Assembly: GCA_040752415.1 (NCBI GenBank)
Contig: JBFMGU010000249.1
Coordinates: 1-15,830, forward strand
Length of the DNA stretch: 15,830 nucleotides
From: Myxococcota bacterium
Lineage (GTDB): Bacteria > Myxococcota > JACRCW01
Direction: 5' to 3'
Every line of letters begins with the position of its first letter. Positions within the stretch are counted from its first letter, which is position 1. Under the pieces are notes generated by a model, which was given only the letters and a program-made list of their open reading frames with translations, did not search any database and was not told where the DNA came from. Made by a program: the position numbers and the translations under genes. Below are positions 15,045 through 15,830 of the stretch, in pieces.

Positions 15045-15830
15045 GTGACCTTGCGTCCCAACACCTCCCTTGCCTGGCTGTGCGCGCTGGCGTGTGTTCT
15101 CGCCGCGCCGCTGCTGCACGCGCATCCCGACGTGGACGCCGCCAAGGAAGCCTTCGCCCGCGGGGAGTTCCGCCAGGCACTGAGCAAGCTGGAGCGCGCG
15201 GAGCGCAGCCCGTCCAAGACGGAAGAGGACGTGGTGGACATGTACTGGTACCGCGGCGCCTCGTTCCACGCGCTGGGTCGGACCGACGACGCCAACCGCG
15301 CCTTTGACGCGCTGCTGGAGCTCCGCCCGCTCTACCAACCCGACAAGTACGAGAGCTCTCCCGACCTGCGCGCCGCCTTCCAGTCCCGCGCCACGCTCTA
15401 CCAGCAGCAGAAGGGCGTGATGCTGGGGCCGCCCTCGCTCGACGGCGCGACGCTGAGCGTCCCGATCATTGCACGCGCGGAGAAGGTGTCCTCGGTGGTG
15501 GTGTTCGTGCGCACGTCGGGGAGCGTGACGTACCAGAGCTTCACGTTGCCGCTGGTGGAGCGCGGCGCGCAGGGCGTGGTGGGCAACCGCGACTTCTGGC
15601 AGCAGGCGGCGCGCGTGGGCTCGTTGGACCTGGTGCTGGAGGCGCGCAACCCGGGCGGCGTGCCGCTGGCGCGTGCCGGTGACGCCGTGCGACCGCTGGA
15701 ATTCAAGCTGACCCCCGCGCAACTGAATGCCGCGCTGAATGCGGTGTCGGCCGCGCCGGTTGACGCCACGCCGCCGCTCCAAACCGCGGCTCCCGTGCCC
15801 ACCGCACCCGCAGCATCCCCCGCGCCAGCT
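15045..15830 (+). CDS. Secreted TPR-like protein, 3'-truncated by the window edge (absent from the ORF track)
   Basis: Manual translation from GTG 15045 is open to the window end: MTLRPNTSLAWLCALACVLAAPLLHA (signal peptide), HPDVDAAKEAFARGEFRQALSKLERA..MYWYRGASFHALGRTDDANRAFDALLELRP (TPR-like), then a beta-rich segment and a Pro/Ala linker. Strong GC3 bias. Confidence 0.85.
   Translation, partial: MTLRPNTSLAWLCALACVLAAPLLHAHPDVDAAKEAFARGEFRQALSKLERAERSPSKTEEDVVDMYWYRGASFHALGRTDDANRAFDALLELRPLYQPDKYESSPDLRAAFQSRATLYQQQKGVMLGPPSLDGATLSVPIIARAEKVSSVVVFVRTSGSVTYQSFTLPLVERGAQGVVGNRDFWQQAARVGSLDLVLEARNPGGVPLARAGDAVRPLEFKLTPAQLNAALNAVSAAPVDATPPLQTAAPVPTAPAASPAPA

Noticed and set aside
14949..15782. 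N-terminal 278 aa of the 735-aa ORF 13575..15782
   Set aside because: It is antisense to the real plus-strand TPR-like gene. The lipoprotein signal begins at ATG 14948.

Overview
High-GC (roughly 70% by eye) bacterial chromosomal window, most consistent with Myxococcota or related deltaproteobacteria (inference from the split Fo-only atp operon, the c-subunit N-terminal extension, TPR proteins and a Cys-rich lipoprotein). Gene order: membrane-anchored TPR protein (+); atpZ-atpI-atpB-atpE (-) with a terminator; fabD-fabG (+); alpha/beta hydrolase (-); folD (-); small secreted YbjQ-like protein (+); benzoate-CoA ligase family enzyme (-); tex (+); Ser-rich, Cys-repeat lipoprotein with a C-terminal cupredoxin domain (-); and a secreted TPR-like protein (+) that runs off the window and is missing from the ORF track. 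The coding content is mostly housekeeping. I saw no transposase, integrase, CRISPR array, tRNA or rRNA, and no clearly novel multi-gene system. The best leads are: (i) a riboswitch-like fold in the folD leader in which a pseudoknot competes with an SD-occluding hairpin; (ii) two copies of a heptamer-repeat hairpin element between convergent genes, showing a compensatory change; (iii) a cupredoxin whose axial Met position appears to be Glu; (iv) a possible ACG start for the first atp gene; and (v) a 160-nt rod-like inverted-repeat element. All alignments and folds were done by eye and need computational confirmation.
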